From NCBI GenBank assembly GCA_038496445.1, contig JALMLS010000640.1, positions 62,001-126,000 on the forward strand: a DNA stretch of 64,000 nt. The letters are read 5' to 3'. This stretch comes from Trichosphaerium sp. ATCC 40318 (taxonomy: Eukaryota; Protista; Tubulinea). The notes under the pieces were generated by a model, which was not told the DNA's origin, ran no database searches, and saw nothing but the letters and a program-made list of their open reading frames with translations. Position 1 is the first letter of the stretch; every line of letters begins with the position of its first letter. The position numbers were made by a program, and so were the translations under genes. Of the stretch, positions 61,357 to 64,000 are shown in pieces.

Positions 61357-62301
61357 TTAATAACAAAATGGTGCTTCCTTTAAAATAGTTATACCCAATG
61401 CTTCAATAGCTTCATTCGTAATACAAGTCTTACCCACAAGGTTAATGAATTTAAGTGATTTCAAGTATTTTAAGCAATCATCTGTAGGGCCAGTGTCACA
61501 ATACCAAAGTGCAAGATATTTAACATTCACACAACTTTTAAAGCATGAATCTTGTATACCCTTACACGTTGAAAAAGAAAGCTTTTCAAGGTTAACCATA
61601 TCCTTAAAACAGTTTTCTGTTAAATTATCACAAAGGCATAAAGTAAGATTCTTGACATTCGTCAAAAACTGAATACCATCACCAGTTATTGAAAATGCTC
61701 TATCCAGAAAAATAGTATTTACATTTCCAAGATGCCTTAAGGATTCATTTTGTGGACAACTTAAACTGATTTTATGAACATCCTTCAATGCTTCCAGACC
61801 TTGCACAGTAATACCCGAACAATCAGTGAGATCAATTGTATGGACTCCTCTTAATGCCTTCAAAGAAACATCTGTTATATTTGTATCTCCCAAATCAATT
61901 GTATGTATTGTATGTTCTCCTCCTTTTAACAGAATCTCTATACCCTCGTCTGTAATATTAGTTTCTTCTAAGTCTATATTACGAACACCAGAAAGGCATT
62001 TCAAGTCGTTTTCTGAAAAGTTAAGTGCGTTATCTGTTAAGGCATTGTAGCAATAGATTTTCGTGTTCTTAAGTAACGGGCTGTCTTTTAGGAAAGCGCA
62101 GTCTGAGGAATGCTTCAAGATTAGCGATATTAAGCCAACGTTGTGACGAATGATGTTGTTAAAAAGATGAGAAGCTTCAGAAGCTTTAATACGGTCTCCT
62201 TTATCCAAATAGCGTAGAATATGAGTCAGTATTTCTGTTGCCAGAGGTTGAGATTGTGCTCTGTCGTCATTAGTCCCGGAGTCTCTTATCACGTTTTCCA
62301 T
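61357..62301 (-). CDS. F-box + LRR protein (intronless), copy 3
   Basis: LATEILTHILRYL...HNVG...SPLLKNT, then IHTIDLGDTNITD repeats. Confidence 0.87.
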   Translation of the reverse strand: MENVIRDSGTNDDRAQSQPLATEILTHILRYLDKGDRIKASEASHLFNNIIRHNVGLISLILKHSSDCAFLKDSPLLKNTKIYCYNALTDNALNFSENDLKCLSGVRNIDLEETNITDEGIEILLKGGEHTIHTIDLGDTNITDVSLKALRGVHTIDLTDCSGITVQGLEALKDVHKISLSCPQNESLRHLGNVNTIFLDRAFSITGDGIQFLTNVKNLTLCLCDNLTENCFKDMVNLEKLSFSTCKGIQDSCFKSCVNVKYLALWYCDTGPTDDCLKYLKSLKFINLVGKTCITNEAIEALGITILKEAPFCY

Positions 62302-62591
62302 TAATATATACGATATTAACACTACTCAACGTGGTTTAGTGCTCAAGCGGTTTATTTTGAATATCTTTGACTTCTAATTTCGAATCGCACAAAAAACACG
62401 CAAGCTGCTCATAACACCATTTGCGGTTATTGAGTCAATCCTTTGTAAAACGTGATACAATATATATATATATAGAACACATTGCATTCTTTCATTAGCT
62501 ATTGTAGGAGTACACGAGGAGCTCAGAGAAAAAAGAGTCGGATGCCAAATGTAGACTTGTTTTCTTGGTTTTTTCTTTTGTTTTTTTATAT

Positions 62592-64000
62592 TTACACATC
62601 ACGTTCATGTGGTTCTTTGTAATCAAGACCTAACGCTAAAAATACATCCCTTTCAGTTTTTAAAGGTACTGGATCACCTTTTACATCATCTCCATATCGT
62701 GTAACCAAAGCATGTTCACTTAAAGAGTATCCTAATTTCCTTGCCCACAATCTCATTGATCTGTAGGTAACAAGTTATAAACCTTTGGTGAAAGTACATA
62801 TTACATACCTATTAAAATGTCCAGAACCAGTAAAATACAGTAGGGCACCTAGAAATCATTTTAGTGCTCGAACAAGTAAACTAACATTAAAAATATGACA
62901 AACCGAAGTACTTCAAAAGACATGAATAACAAAAGGTCATTTCATCATGTCATGACGTCATAATTTACTGGTTGGTAATTCTCATACTAAACAATATCCT
63001 GAATGTGACTCACAAGCTCAGTTTTTCAAAAACAAGGATGTACTGCAACGAATGTAACAGCCAAAAATAAAGAAAGAAATACAAAAAAAGGTTTTGTTTT
63101 AAATAACGTACATGGCCACTCTCCCTTTGCTATTATTTTAATGTCAATCCGCCTATGTAAACTTTTTGCATTCAATTGACACACTCCTAATCAAGCAATT
63201 AAAATACCGAAAACACTCAGACAATGACTTGAATGTCCAAAAAAAAAAAAGCCTGAAAAAGCTGACTTACCCATGTACTTATCTGTATTCTTAGTCATAC
63301 TTGTTAGATCATCTGTCAGAAGACCATTATCATGAAGAGAACGTAAGAGCTTTGGCAATAACCCATCCAAGGAATCATCATATTCGTGAGTGACTGGATC
63401 ATATAAGAGATAAAACATTCAATACTTCAAAAAAAATACCTAAGATATCAATATCACCACAATCGGGTTTACCTCTTCTGTATGAACCTGGACAGCATTA
63501 GAAAACGCCCAACATAACAACAAGGTTTCTTGGTAGCTTAGAAACAACATACCGCATACTTCAAAGATGAGATTAGGGTCATGAACTTTACAAACATTCG
63601 AAAAGATTGTAGCAATTTCTTCAATCTCCGCACGAGGAATTCGCTGTTTGAACTAAGTACACAAGTTATGAAAAAAGCGAATAACCTTTCAAAAGAAGAA
63701 TAAAATCGGGAATAGAAATAAACACGTTTTGTATTAAACGAAGTACTTTACTTACCTCTTCATAGTACTTAAGTCCTATAATATGTTGTGGGTTAAGTTT
63801 TGCTTTTTCCCTAATTTCATCAAGAGTCCTGAACCCCTAACGAACATACATCAATAATAGCTTCTACAAACCTTAATATTGTACTTACTTTTGCATACCA
63901 CCTTCGCGCAATAGTAGGTCCAACGCCAAATACACCCATAAACAGACCTAAACAAAACAATCAATTTATGAACCTGAAAAGAAAAGAAAAAAAGTGGTTG
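62592..64000 (-). CDS. X-family DNA polymerase (lambda/beta-like), 5' part outside the window
   Basis: GVFGVGP, GLKYYEE, RIPRAE, CGSYRRGKPDCGDIDIL, HRRIDI, ALLYFTGSGHFNRSMR, LGLDYKEPHERD. Confidence 0.95.

Noticed and set aside
8566-63942. Other WCCCAYAA matches (~8566, 39111, 49858, 61432, 63786, 63933)
   Set aside because: They lie in coding exons or point into exons, with no RNA-like structure at about +60.
1-64000. Alternative genetic code or stop-codon readthrough suggested by fragmented ORFs
   Set aside because: Short spliceosomal introns explain the fragmentation, and TAA, TAG and TGA all terminate conserved genes at the expected ends.
1-64000. CRISPR arrays, tRNA/rRNA genes, transposase or reverse-transcriptase ORFs
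   Set aside because: No repeat-spacer arrays, cloverleafs or recognisable mobile-element domains were seen by eye; the tandem repeats present are protein-coding.

Overview
AT-rich (~35% GC by eye), gene-dense, intron-rich eukaryotic nuclear DNA using the standard genetic code. It is most likely an amoebozoan protist (inference from GTACGT/GTGCGT donors, a Dictyostelium-type DUSE promoter upstream of U2 snRNA, and gene content). About 35 protein genes were reconstructed by hand-splicing. Housekeeping genes: UTP7/WDR46, NOG2, eIF4A-III, WDR26, COX5B, histone H1, a BET bromodomain protein, Pol X, EAPP, TMEM135, an SDR and a Slo-type K+ channel. Accessory genes: three F-box/LRR, F-box/MORN, F-box/jacalin, three tandem pectin-acetylesterase/Notum copies, an expansin and an sPLA2-like gene. 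One U2 snRNA is present. Best leads: (1) two paralogous, apparently mitochondrion-targeted proteins built from a ~70-aa 'DDWY...yP..W' repeat plus a C-terminal PD-(D/E)XK/RAP-like nuclease domain; (2) a degenerate Tpt1/KptA RNA-binding lobe fused to UTP7; (3) a second DUSE-driven, Sm-site-bearing small RNA candidate that matches no snRNA I recognise; (4) G-U-rich intronic hairpins and structured RNAs; (5) strong enrichment of the palindrome CACGTG; (6) relaxed splice signals (GC donors, AAG acceptors). All gene models are manual, so exon boundaries need RNA-seq confirmation.
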